Part shown: piece after piece, positions 1 through 13,104 of the stretch
Layout of the letters: each line of letters begins with the position of its first letter
How positions within the stretch are numbered: position 1 is the stretch's first letter
The notes under the pieces: model-generated
Databases searched by the model: none
Told to the model about the DNA's origin: nothing
Seen by the model: only the letters and a program-made list of their open reading frames with translations
Position numbers and translations under genes: made by a program
Assembly: GCA_000934665.2 (NCBI GenBank)
Contig: KZ538091.1
Span: 1-63,998, forward strand
Reading direction: 5' to 3'
Length of the DNA stretch: 63,998 nucleotides
DNA from: Catajapyx aquilonaris
Taxonomy: Eukaryota

Positions 1-3000
1 CGTTTCCGGACACTGGTTCCTATGTCAAAAATACTTGTCTTGGTCCCCTCTATTACCCCTGAAAGTCTTTGCAGAGTTACAATAAACACCCTGTATACGT
101 AAGTGATTGGAGAAGGTCCAACCGGGTGCTACATAAAGTCGTATATAGTGTGCAGATATACAGAATGAAATGCTCCAAGAGCAAACTGAGAAATGGCCAT
201 GTTCCCAGGAGAACATCCGGAATCCACTAACAACGGTTCCCTCTTGGGCCATCCAATCAATTGTGCTTCCAATCCTCCAAGGAATCCGTTCTTGAGGAAG
301 CATTACTCCTAAGGGTAAATGGAGGAGGAAAATGCACTGGAATAATAACCTGTTGTGCACCCCCCAAAAAAAAGGAGTACAGCATCTTCCTCACCCCTTT
401 GCCAACAGGATGGAAAGTAACAGGATCGATAGACTAGGTTGGCTGTGATGGTGCTTTGCACGCTGCGGTGCACATGCCTCGATTCAACTTATTCAAAGAT
501 CTTCAGGTCCCCCCCCCCACCCCCACCCCCATACACAATAGTGATCATATCCGAAAACATTGTGGTTCAATCGCATTTTATTTGCGCGCAAAAAACTTGC
601 ATGGGAGTAAGAATGTGGAATAATATTGGCGACAAAGAATGCGGTTCCGTAAAGGAATGCAGAGATACTAGATCAACGTCGTGTGAAGAAAAGGCTATTG
701 AAAAACATCCATGCGATAGGCTCTTGGAAATAGGATTTGTAACACCTTGAATACCAGGACCTAATCTTGAAGAGTTGGTCTCTAATGTTACATTAGACTG
801 ATGCTAAAGTGATGTGAAATAATCAGCACTTTTGCACATGCAGGTGACATTATTACAAGATACGATGTACGAAGATACGATCGTATGTTACTAAGCAAGT
901 GGATTAGAGGAATTCTTGTTGCTTCACATTTATTGCCCATATTATGTTAGATGGTTCCGTAAAAAAGGGGCCGTCGACCAGGACAACGGAACAGGTTTTA
1001 TGTACGAATTTTATCCCTGTTCTCTAACACTCGTGAGCAGGTATTTGCCAAATTCATCCTCACTATATATATGCACACACATTATTTTGCATCGTGGGAA
1101 GCTTACTTTGGATTTAATGTTTTGCCAGAGTTCGCTCGAGTTCGCAAGACGGATGCGGGATACATACTGTAAACACTTTACGAATAAGCTCATGCCTGAA
1201 GGGCTCTATTTACTGTATAGAAACAAGAACTACACACTTGAGAAATGAAATAGTGCTATTTAAGTACAATAACCGTGATATTATAGAGCAAATATTCGAT
1301 TACTTTTTTCCACATGTTACGGAGAGTACAGGAACATAATGCAATTTTATTCAACTTGATGTTTCATGAATAGTCTTTATGCATCTGCCATGTTCAGGCT
1401 GAGAAGTGCCAGTTACTTCTCACTTGTTTACTCATCGGTACAATGCTCTATAGTCGCCGTGCTCAGCACAGACTAACGGTGAGCTCTGCTGATCACGCTC
1501 CTGCAACAAATTAAATGATGCAGTTCAGGGAAGATCCTAGACCAAATATTGAGAGAAGGTGTGGCACTGTGACCTCTTAGAAGACACTCGTGTATATACT
1601 TCACAGAATATTGAACCCAGTGTCTGTTTGCTAGCTCTTACCAATGTACACTTAGGAGTAATATATTTGGGGGAAAAACAATCTTGAAAACTTCACAGTG
1701 TGTATATACGTGAGGCTGCATAAAGATGTCTATATAGAAGCGCTTCAGGCATAGTTTCTATAGTCTATCGTTTTAAAATAATAAACTCGCAAAAGCGACG
1801 TCCTAAGCGACTTTCTGTCATCATCATCATCACCATCATCATGCAGCAATAGATACACTCTAATTCATTATTTCATTCATTATTTCACATAATTTAGAAC
1901 TATGTGCAGTTATTTGTAGTTGATAAACACATTTCTCATGAATGATACAATAATGTATAAGCACAGTGTGCGTGGTGCTGGTGTTTTACTTACTATTCTC
2001 ATTGTCATAACTGTAATTTTTTTTGCGACCATTATTTTTGAATATGCATTGCCTAACATGGCCTTTGTCAATGTTCAAAACACGTACAAAAGGACTCGCA
2101 TTTATGCAGGACCCCCGCAGAGAAAGCGTGCTCTATCCAAAATAATGGCCCAAAAGCCGAATGAACTGTACAATTTACACGTCGCTCGGATATTTAAACT
2201 TTAACAAACATTTGTGGCTCAGTGGTTGCATGATCAAGCTGATGCGTGGCTTTTGGTCTATTAAATGGAGGTTGCCTTCATAACGTGTACAAACTACAAA
2301 ATGAACAATTTGTATGCCTCTCTACATAATAGTGTTAATTTTGCCTTTTAGTCCATTCTTTGCGACACATTCTGTACAGTAGGCCCTAAATAGTTTTGCA
2401 AGTTTCCTAATTATAGTGTCATTAACTAATGCTAGAGAGAATTTGGCTTACATTCATCATATTTTTTTACAATGCGATGTTTTATATGATCTACATCGTT
2501 AGACTTGTTTGTACAGGTTATTTCCTAATTATTCAAGGCAAACGTATCTAATCTGAACTCCTCATCACAAGAGGATCACTTTGTGCAGAGGATTAATGAG
2601 CTCTCCGCAGCCTCCATATTGAGATAATGAGCTTCAAACACAATGTAATAAAATATTCAAGATAGTGTCTTCGGATCGTCAACTTGGGGGTTATATATAG
2701 ACGGCATTGTCATTGAAGCAGTTTCAAAGTGACCTTTCATTTTGACACCCCGAATGAAAATAAAATGAAACTTAACCTGGCCAGAAAACTAAAAGTCTCA
2801 GTGCTCATCGCTCCATCAGAATAATTGAATATAAAATGTACTTCGGTTATGTAAGGCCAATTTTAGCGCCTGCAAAGGGAAAGAGTCGGCCAGTTTTTTA
2901 CGTATCGGGAAATCCCAGCATCCAACAAAATCCTGCTTCAAATCTGCCCAGAATATGTTGCCTTTTCCGGCTGACATTTTCCTGCATCCTACACGTCGAT

Positions 3001-3530
3001 TTAAATATTTACGAGCCTGAAACCACACCAGAATCACACCGTACCGTACCTTGTATTCTGAATCCTCTGCACTATTCTGTAATGACTGTCTGACGTCTAA
3101 CCTTTTTATAGCCTGAAGCCAATAATTAATTACCAAAAATTTTGAGATGAGTTTTTACATGACGGTTGTTGCATGTGTCACCATCCTGATATGAACTCTT
3201 TAAAAAAACCCGAAATTGGCAGGTGGTTTTTGTCAATGTCAGGCTCTTCCAAGATTTTATTATGCGGAGGTCTACTAATATTCTTGACAATTCAAACGTT
3301 GAGGTCACATCAGCTTAATTTGAACTCGAAATGCCATACCGGATTTATTAATTTTTAGGAAGCAAAACCTGGCGTACAAGCAGCAAACTTAATGAATGCG
3401 GACGGAACAGTCCTCATTGCAAGTGAACCGGAGATAAATCATATTCTCCTGCAGAGTACAGCAAGTTTGAATGTTGGCCTTAACAATGGAAGTTCCCCCA
3501 GATTTCATGAGGTTCATTATCTCTTTGCAG

Positions 3531-3588
3531 ATGATGCTGTGGAGGACTACAGCGACAACCTGGAGCGACTTTTGCAAAGCGCACAGAA
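3531..3588 (+). CDS. ALP: Agatoxin-like peptide (ALP) precursor, propeptide exon (signal-peptide exon not found, probably upstream of the window)
   Basis: Acceptor ctctttgcag and donor gtaagt bound a 58-nt exon encoding (D)DAVEDYSDNLERLLQSAQ(K). This matches the acidic ALP propeptide ending in LLQSAQKR, and the phase-2 end joins in frame to the exon at 15044/15071. Confidence 0.88.
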
Positions 3589-5103
3589 GTAAGTATGAGT
3601 CAGACACCAAAGTTCAGGGTGAGACTTACCGTTTTATTGAAGGGTTTTGGCATCACGACCCAGCTCGATCGACCCCCTCAACTCACTATCTACTAGTGCT
3701 GGATTTTCTGACCTCGTTTCGATTTCATTAGTCATCCGGAAGGCAGCTTCTGAGATTCAAGGGGATTGAGAGAAATGGCAAGGTCTCCAGAAAATCACTG
3801 CGTAAGATTTGCTCAGAGGATCAGAACAACGGAAACTAATCATCCAAAAGAACATGGACGCGAAAATTTAACCTTTTGTTTGCACCTGCTGAACTCATTA
3901 CTTTCGTCATTTTGGAAGACAAGTACTGATGTTGTATACACTCCGCAATAATTTACGCTCAATTTGAATTATCAGTTCCAAAAGTTGAATATTAAAGATT
4001 TCGCTCACATTTTAAAAATTATCACTCATATTTTTTTTAGAGCGTAAGAAACTGGTATAAAACGAAGTCGCAACAGGTCATAAGTTATTTACGAACAAGC
4101 AGGAACCAGCATGTTGGCAATTAATATAAATTGCCTGTTCAAACACTCGCATGTGTGCGTTGCCGCAGCGAATCTGACATGAGTAGGGTTTATTTTGCAG
4201 GATAGAATGCATAATGCAACGTCTTTGCAAACTTACTTTGCAATATAGGGTGCCTCTAAAGTGCAGGAGGTCCTCTTAGAGACGTAGATCAAAAAAAGTA
4301 GGGCCTACTCAGGAACCTTGTAGGAAAAAACGTCGGTTCAGACGTGATGCATTCTGTCACCATAATCATCATCATCACGTTTTCTTACGAAAGTCAACAA
4401 TGAACAGTTTGTGCAAAAAAAATGTATACACTAGCAGATGACATAATTAGAATAGGCTCTCAAGTAAATCTGTTTGGAAGCACATTAAATTATGTATCAA
4501 CTCTCAAACGTTCCAGTCCAACGATTCGTTAGATTTTTTTTAAAAAAACTGCCTAAGGTTGTTGTAAAGTATTTACAGACATGCCAGCCCAGCAGGTTCA
4601 AATCGACTGCTTTGTTTTAAATTATTTAACTTACCTGCGTCACCGCAAATTCTGCCATCAGATGTTCCCAAGGAAGAGTTAGGTGTGTTGCGTGCAAAAA
4701 TGACGCCATAGCGGCATAGCAGTTGTCGCAGCCCGACTTTTGTGACACTCAAAAGCACACCCTGTTCTGACAGCGTGGCCCATTTCTCATTGTTACAAAA
4801 ATACAGCACATGATGTCGGTCCAAGTTGCGCACGGTGTTGAAGAAAGGAACAAATTACCTTAAGCAACTTGTATACCACAGAGTCGTCAAAACTCGTTTT
4901 GTTTCATATGATGCATCACATACTTCAAGATATAAGACGCAAAAAAAAGAAGTGTGGTCTGCTCCAGACTCTAATGGATTGCACCAGTCGTAAGTGAGTC
5001 AGTCGCAATATTTTTCTGATCGGTCTGAATCAGAGCGAAAAGGCATCAGACTGAACTGTAGGTTAGATTTCATTGCAACGGTTTCCATACCTGGCATAAA
5101 ATG

Positions 5104-5443
5104 AATTCAGAACTTTGGTAAAAAAAAATGTAAATCCAAGATGGCAGACCGCACAAGGTCTGCCATCTTGGATTTACATTTTTTTGCCCAAGTTCCGTGA
5201 AAAGCTATCGGAAATATTTTACGATAATTCAAACACAATTAGCATTAAATTAGGCTAAACCATTTGCGGACGCGGGGTGCAGTTTAAATAAAATTAATTC
5301 AGAACTTTGACACAAAATGGTAATCGAAGATGGCGGACCGCAAAAGGCCTTGGAATAATCGGAATTATTTTGCGATAATTCAAGCACAATTGGCACTTAA
5401 ATCTAGCTAAACAATTTTCGAACTGGTGTGCAGTTTAAATAAA
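5104..5443. repeat. Degenerate tandem duplication (~150-190-bp period) containing a perfect 29-bp-stem hairpin
   Basis: aattcagaactttg...aagatggcRgaccgca occurs at 5104 and 5296; atcggaa...gtgcagtttaaataaa occurs at ~5207 and ~5358; stem 5122-5150/5157-5185 with loop gcacaa. Confidence 0.75.
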
Positions 5444-8400
5444 CATATAATATTACTAATAATGTCTAAAATAGCTGTTAAATTAATATCAACCGCACAC
5501 ATTTCTAATTGGATTCTTTCAACATTTTTTTTCATCAATTCTCAGCTGTGAATTACAGTGATTGTCAAAAACCAGGCCAAGGTTTCCATCAGAATTCTTG
5601 GAAACTCTCTGAAAATTTGCGGACCAAGTTTTTCTCTGTGTGTGTTGGAATGGATGGTCGTAATTAATGCGGTTTTGAGTCCAGCCAGCAGGGAAACCGG
5701 GTTGGTTTCGCGTCCCCCAGACCCCAGTATACATATAGCTGTAGGAACGTAGGTGCTGTTTTGGGAATATAGAGAGAGGGGGGGCCATGGGTTATATATA
5801 TACGTGTAGGATTGTCGGGACACACAGAGAGCTTTGGTTCCCGGAGCCGTAATATGCCTGATTGCAAGGTGTGATGTTCGTCGCTGTAACTTGTCTTCAT
5901 AAGCTAATATCAAAATGAAGCAAAGATTTTGCCCCGAGGATTTCAGGCACCACCTGCTTTGTGCAATATAACGTTGTCATCCTCTCCGCCTACGTCAAAT
6001 TAGCCCCATATTTAATCTGATTTATGAGGTAAGTTCGGAGTAAGAAGTCTTGTAGCAAGTGTGAGAAATGGAAAGGGGGCAATAATATTTTACAGGTTTA
6101 CTTGGTTGCTGGAATAAACAATTCACGTGCGTCACAAGGGTCAGCAATAACTGTCAGCATATGTAATCACAAATCTTCTTACAAGACTTGATATGCCTAC
6201 AGTGGTAATGGCATAAAAATTAATCGGTTTAACCCGAGTTAAACCCACTGAACAAACATTATCTAGCAATTAATTTAACCAACTACGAAACCAACTTCAA
6301 ACAAAAGTAAGCTGAAGTTCTCTCATTAAATTCGGGGCTCCCCCAAGTTTCCGGGGTTCTGTCCAATACGAATAAGTTCATGAGTTACCACAGTTGCTAA
6401 TTGGCTTGTCAGGCACAACGGATCTCCTATTATGAAACTAGTTACCAAAAGCGAAATTATAAATATGGCTTGCTCTCAGGAGATGCCCTCAACTTGCGAA
6501 CTGTTGACATTCGGACGGAATATTCTCGCATTTAATATTTTTCCAAGACCAATATTGTAAGGATTTTACCTTTTACTGCTGGTGCTAGATTCCCTTGAAA
6601 TAACAATGTACGTTTTAGCTGCCATCAAGGGCAAGTTTTATTATTTTCCGGGAACCCAGCAATATAACATGGCTGAATGACCAACTGCTTGGAATCTTAA
6701 CTGCTTTCAGCCATTCTACAAATTCCATTGCTTTTCCGTTTCCACAAAATTCAATCAAAAAGGGGCCCGTTTCTCGATCAAGGGCAGTATATAATGGAGT
6801 GCGCACTACGACGATTTATGGAGCGAAGTAAATTATACGAATCGCTTTGAAGTATTTAGCTCCAGACGGTTTAGCTTCTTTCAAGAAAACGGGCGGTTAC
6901 TAGAGCGTAGAAAATATATCAAAAGGAGTTGACAACTTGCGTGGAACGAAATAGACTTGATTTTCAAGTGCACTATTGCAAATTCCGGATAATTTTTCCA
7001 AGAACAAAGCCTACATATAGAAAATAGTGTTTGCAAATTACACCAACTCGTCGTGCCAATTAGTACTTTCGCGCTTTTTAACACCGAAACATTTCTACGA
7101 ATTAGTAGTTACTGGCTGAACTGTACAAGCAAATTCTCTTTCCTTTTTTTTGGTGTCTGTCCAGTAACCCAAGTCAAGTCAACTGATTGCAAGCAGCTCT
7201 TCCAAATGGGATTTGATGCTTGGCTATCAGAGCATCAAATCGTCATTCCAACTCAAGCTCTGGGATAATTCCGCGAGAAGCTAAAGAGGCTTTAATGGAC
7301 GCAAGAAACTGAAGGGGGGCCTGGGAACAAGTCCACCTGAGGCTTTTTCCTACTTTCGAAACAAACACTATACTAGACAGCATCCAATCCTGACAGCCGT
7401 TTTGTTACATCCAATCCAAATGGAATAATTAACAACATTCCATGCACTTAAGCCTTCAAATCAAATTAATTGGATGACAAAATGCAACTGGCGAAACAAT
7501 GAATTGGAGTGACGCCATATGATGGTAAATCGAGGAGGTTTTGGCTTGCATTTTTTTGTTCTGGACGCAATTTTCGCAGGTTAAGCACAATCGATTTGCG
7601 CTCTCACTTTTGGGGCCTGATGAAGTTGCTTTTTCGAGGGGAATAGTTCGCAGTAATTGGCGAGAAAATTGCACAGCCGGGCTCTATTATTTTTCGAACT
7701 GCAATCGAGTGGGAAGGCGATAACTTGCAATTCAAATCAGGTGTGAATTCAAGGTTATAATAAACACTGTAGGGACAAAATATGCAAAACTCATTATGAC
7801 ATGCAATCTAAAAATACGGTATGTGGAAAAAAAGTATAGCATTTTAAAGCTGTTTTGCATTGCATTACATTTGTTTATATGAGCTATCTGCATAATAACG
7901 CGCGTTTTGCAAATTCAATGAGGTTCGATAGGCCACCGAGTTACAAATTAACCACAATTTCGTAATAGTCGACATGATCGCGCCAAACACAATTTATTAC
8001 AGTAATGCCAAACTTGCTCAATCAGTGCCAATCGAATCGCAGCTGGGATTTATTGTGCTTTGAATATGTGCAGCCACGAAACATGAATGAACACATGGAA
8101 ACGTTCTCACGGAACGCAAAAAAAAGCGACATTGCGTGCAGCTAACGGACTTGGCGAATTGGCAAATATATTTTCGGTATACACAAAAGCGTCAGATGAC
8201 GCACGTGCAACAACACATTAGCTGCTTGCTCACTTAATCACCTAAGGGTGTAACTACTCTATTCATAAACATGACCCCTTTGGGCCACTTGGATTTCATT
8301 GAACTAAAAAAAAGTAGCCGGCAACAACCCCTGCCGGATTGGTCATTGATTGGCTATCGATTTCTGATTCAGTAATTGGATTCTATATAACTGACGTCAT

Positions 8401-11389
8401 TCTTGTAAAGATTGGGTTGGCATGTAGGTATAACTTGATCGTGGTCGGATTCCATGAATTTTCTAGTCTGATGAAATTTGTAATATAAAAACTTGAGTCG
8501 ACCCATGATATTACAACGTGTGGGAGGCGACAAATGGTTCGAATCCGACGCCTGTCGAATCTTTATGGCAGCTTGGTTGTGGGCGAGAAGTTTCTGGAGG
8601 ATTCACATGTTGAGTTCAAGAATGTTCGTACGACCTGTGAAGCCATCGTGCCTCTCTACAAGGTATAGTCTGACATCACATTATATCAACGGTTTTTCCT
8701 GTTCAGTGACATTCATGAAGACAGTCGGATTCGATGGTCTTGGCACATTATTTTCATCTCCGAGGGTCCCCATCATATAAAAAAGAGAGAGGCTGGAGTT
8801 CAAGGGAGTGTGAAAGGGACTGGAAGTGTTGGCGTGCAAATTCACAAGGATCATTAATCTCGCCTTACTTGACTTTGAACAGGAGTCATCTTGTAGGATC
8901 GAGGCAACGATGTGAATTCCAAATAGGGATCGGATCCCCATTTTGGAATAGCAATGGCCCCTCCCTCCCCTTGAATAGTTTGCATAGCCCCTTTTACCTT
9001 TGCAACGGTTTTATTTCTGGTCGTGTTGTAAGTTATATGCATTAGGAACTTGGTTATTTCGGGGGGCAGAAGTAAGCGCATCAAGCGCTGAAAATTCCAT
9101 CAGTCGATTACTTTGCAAAAAGTCAATATTGCACTTTTGAAAGTGATGGTTGTGTTATACGTATATGGTGAATCAACATTGCTAACAGAAATTGGCAGAA
9201 AGTAACCAACCGTATTGCACGAATATTAATTCGGACTGCTTCTCATCCTACAACATCGTAAGCACTTAAAAAGCCGCCTACATTGTGTACCTGTACCTGT
9301 AAAATCACACTTTAAAAAATGCAACAGTAATTCTGGCTTTTTAATGGATCCTGCAGAATATTCATGATTTTTTCCCCCCCTCCCAGGTCAAACACATCTA
9401 ACCTTCGGTTAGTGGCATGGTATGTATGCCAGGTTTATGAAGCACGGAGGCCCACAAAATTGCAACCATGAAATAATGAGGAACACGGAATAGAATGCGG
9501 CGGTTTTTGCGGGAATATATTTCGCATACTTTGTATATAACATCTACAATGTGTAGGCACCGAGATTTTAGACCGAAAACAAAAAACAAGTATCACGCAA
9601 TCCAATTTAATTAAATGTGGGCAATGATTTCAGACACATGCACTTACGTGCAAAATTAAACTGCACTTAGTGATTAATTTTCTTGCAAGTTTTCTTGCAT
9701 GCGATTAAGAACTTAGACATAACAAGGTCACGCAAGAGGTCACTTGAACTGACGTCATCCAGCACCTCCCACGCCCTGCCAATCACATTATGCTTTTAAA
9801 GCCAGAATTGTAGGTTGCACAAGCAAATTTGCTGGTTACGAGCCTCCCCCCTCTCTCTCTTTGATTTATGCCAATTTTGTGATTTATATGTTGCACCATC
9901 AGGATAAGCATGCACGGGAAACCCAGATAAAGCGACCACCTGATGTGCATTGTTTTGTGTCCACATTATAAATGATGCACTCCAAGATATACGAGGCTCC
10001 AGATAAAGCTAGGAGATGATAAACACATTTGATTTTGCAACACAAAGCGGCATATGTGAAAGCTTAATTTCCTTATAATGAATGAACCACATCAATATTC
10101 AACATTAATTTTCATTTTCTCCAGTGCTATCAGTAGTAATCACAATCGAAATCAATTGGTTCGATCATCTTTTTAGAGTTAAAGCAAACCTCCAATGTTA
10201 AACTCCTCTTTCGGGAATGTCAGTTAAAAGCAGCTTACGGTTAAGCAGACAAAGACTGGGCCACGTGAAAAAAAAACCAGGCTTATCCGCCCAATGAAAA
10301 TCAGCGTTTCCGAGCCTTCTCACTCACTATTAACCACACAGGACCAATTTAAAATATCGACTTTCATATTGTACTCGTTGTTTCCCCCCTCTTGCACACC
10401 AACCGCTATCGGACATTGTTCCTATTAAAGTACCCTCCAAACTGACGCTTTTATTGGAAAGACCAGAGATAGCTAAGGCACCGCTGCTCCGTTTACAGGC
10501 CAAACTTCGAATTCAATGCAACGTCCAATGTTGTCAATTTTGGCTGTCAGACTGAAGTTATGCACTGATTGACATCGAGGTGCAATATATATGTGCAGGC
10601 ATGGAAGCTAGTAGGTGTATGGAAACAAGAATATTGAGAGCTATACCACCTTTTTCTGGCTGCAATATCTAAAGGTAAAGTAGCTGTCAGGTTGGCCTGA
10701 AAAATGAGCGTTTTTATTTTTGAAAAGGCACACAGTTCTTGACCCATGACGGGTGGGATCAAAAAAATGGAGAGGTTCTTTTATGAGTTCGAATCAGAAC
10801 CTTGTTCTTCATATCAACACTTCAACCCAGACGCGATTGTGCTGCAACAGGCACGAAATGTATTGTCATCAATTTGCGCTCTATTGTTCGGTCGCTTCAA
10901 TTCAAATTAAAACGGAATAAAATTTGCGATTACGTATTGGAAATAGCAATTTCTATCAATAATATTGTATTGGTCCAGTTAGGCCAGAATCGTAGATGGC
11001 AAGGCAAAAATAACTGCGACATTTCAATCGGAACACATTGTGACAAAAGGTACAATACATTTTTGTGCAGAATTTTTGCGAACTAGTACTGCAATCGGCA
11101 GGATTCGGCAGAATTTTTGCGCAAATCGCTTGTCACCGGTTACAAATTAAACCACTATTTCAAAATGAGACACGACTTCTGTTCCAAACTAGCTGTGGCG
11201 ACCTTTTTGGCAATAATCCAACGCCTTGAGCAATAATAAGAAACTTATACCATTTTTCACTCGAGTCAGACCTTGACCTGTACCTTTTCCGCACTGTAAT
11301 TTTCAATCTCTAGAAAGTAAGTCTTTTGTTATTTAAAGAGGCACTGGGAAAATTGTCGGTTAAGATAAAGTTTCTCCCCCCCCCCCCCC

Positions 11390-11453
11390 NNNNNNNNNNN
11401 NNNNNNNNNNNNNNNNNNNNNNNNNNNNNNNNNNNNNNNNNNNNNNNNNNNNN
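11390..11453. other. Assembly gap between poly-C and poly-G runs (single-N gaps also at 42770 and 59860)
   Basis: N characters adjacent to G/C homopolymers. Confidence 0.97.
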
Positions 11454-13002
11454 GTTTCAAGGGGGGGGGGGGTGGAAGTAATCAGCACGAACAATATCAC
11501 ATGACATTACCGTGGCACTAAATTGTTCCCAGTTAGTTTATATCTCCAAGATTAACTCGCCTTGGAAAATGAAATTGGACTTTCCGCTCCCCATTTTCAT
11601 GCCTTCTGTTCTCAACACTTTGTCATTTTGTCGCTAAGACAATTTTTCTTCAGAATTTTGGCAAGTTTTCTATAGTGCTGGTTCATGCACCGTCTTGAGA
11701 TTTTTGCAAACAATGTTACAGCTACATTTTCAAATTGTGTAGAATAATTGCACAAAATATATGCATATAGTCACACCCATAACTTCGCTAACCCAGGCGT
11801 GATTGGCCACCTCAGATGGCTTATTCTTATAAGTCAGCTTCAGTGCTTTTACTGCCATAGGACCAGTGAAACTTCATCAGCTGAAATGCCCCTTTGAATT
11901 CTGTCATCCAAATTTAAGGACACACACTCCAAAAATTTTACTCCAACCTCGTTCTCTATCTGTCTCTTTTACTTCATTGTGGCAAAAGGCGTGGTGAAGT
12001 TCCCCACCAAATGTAGTAATGGCATGCGGTGAGGAATTAAATGAAATGTTGAGCGAACTCGAGGCCTTTTCAAATTCGTTCTAATCTCTCTTATTGGCCT
12101 CCCGGAAAAGCTATAAAGCAGCAGAAGGGGTGGGAGAATGCGGTAAACTTTTTAACGACTACATAATTACACTTGCATACCACAAGAAAGTTTCACTCAT
12201 GGAGAAGGCGCGGTCTATACCTACAAAGTTGGGTCATACATGCAACCAGCTATAAAGCTCTTTACGGTTAATTAATCACTATGTTACTGTACGCATTGAA
12301 AGTAACTTTCGGTGCGGGTCGAAAAAATCGGGTGTGTTTGAAAGGGGGGGGGGGAATTATTGCGGTTTTTTAAAAGCCGAACTTTTTGGCATTTTGGCAC
12401 ATTTTCCCAACTGGAGGAAAAGTAAAAACAGAGCGGTTATTATTACTTTAACCTTGAAACCATATAGCTGTCAAAATGGGGCGGGAAAAAGCGGTTTGGA
12501 GGCGAAATTAAGTTTTCTGCGGCTGTGCTTTTGCCTCGCGGATATTGGCTCTCCCAGGCAAGAAAATTCGCAAGAAAAGGTCCTTTGACTTTTCAAAACC
12601 AAGGGCCCCGCGGTTAAGGGTGGGCTGATGTTTGCATTTTAGTTTTCAGCGTAGGATGAGTGCACACACAATTTTGTCCGAATTATTTAAAACACAGCGC
12701 AAGATGCCATTAAAATTGATGAAAACCCTGGAGTTTATGTATACGAGCTGGTGTATGTAAATTATGCACACGAGTACACTTGTTTTCATCCCCCAGCCTA
12801 ATTGGGGATTCATAGAGCAGCACTGGTGGCAATTGGATGTGGTAATGTCGATGGTTATGAAGAGGCAGGACAATATACTGTATTAGTATTTAACAAGTTG
12901 GCAGCTTATTAATTGAGCATGAGTGTCTCATCCATAAATGCTATTAACACATTCACTTATACTAAGTCGCAGCTAGTTGGATGTATAAAATAACTAGAAA
13001 AA

Positions 13003-13104
13003 CCTCCCACCCACCAGAGGCGCTCCCTGCACACCATTGCACAGGCGCAAAACTGGGCCAATCGGAAGCGTCGCGGTAACAACAGTATGCGCCTGACCAA
13101 TCAG
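13003..13104 (-). repeat. Dispersed ~100-bp repeat, copy A
   Basis: Reverse complement aligns with 28178-28276 (ctgattggtc...ttgttaccRcgacgcttccgattggccc...agcRcctctggtgg.tgggagg). Confidence 0.8.

Noticed and set aside
3392..3592. ADGTVLIA / LFADDAV resembling a reverse-transcriptase YADD motif
   Set aside because: LFADD spans the ALP splice acceptor; no other RT motifs occur in the correct order
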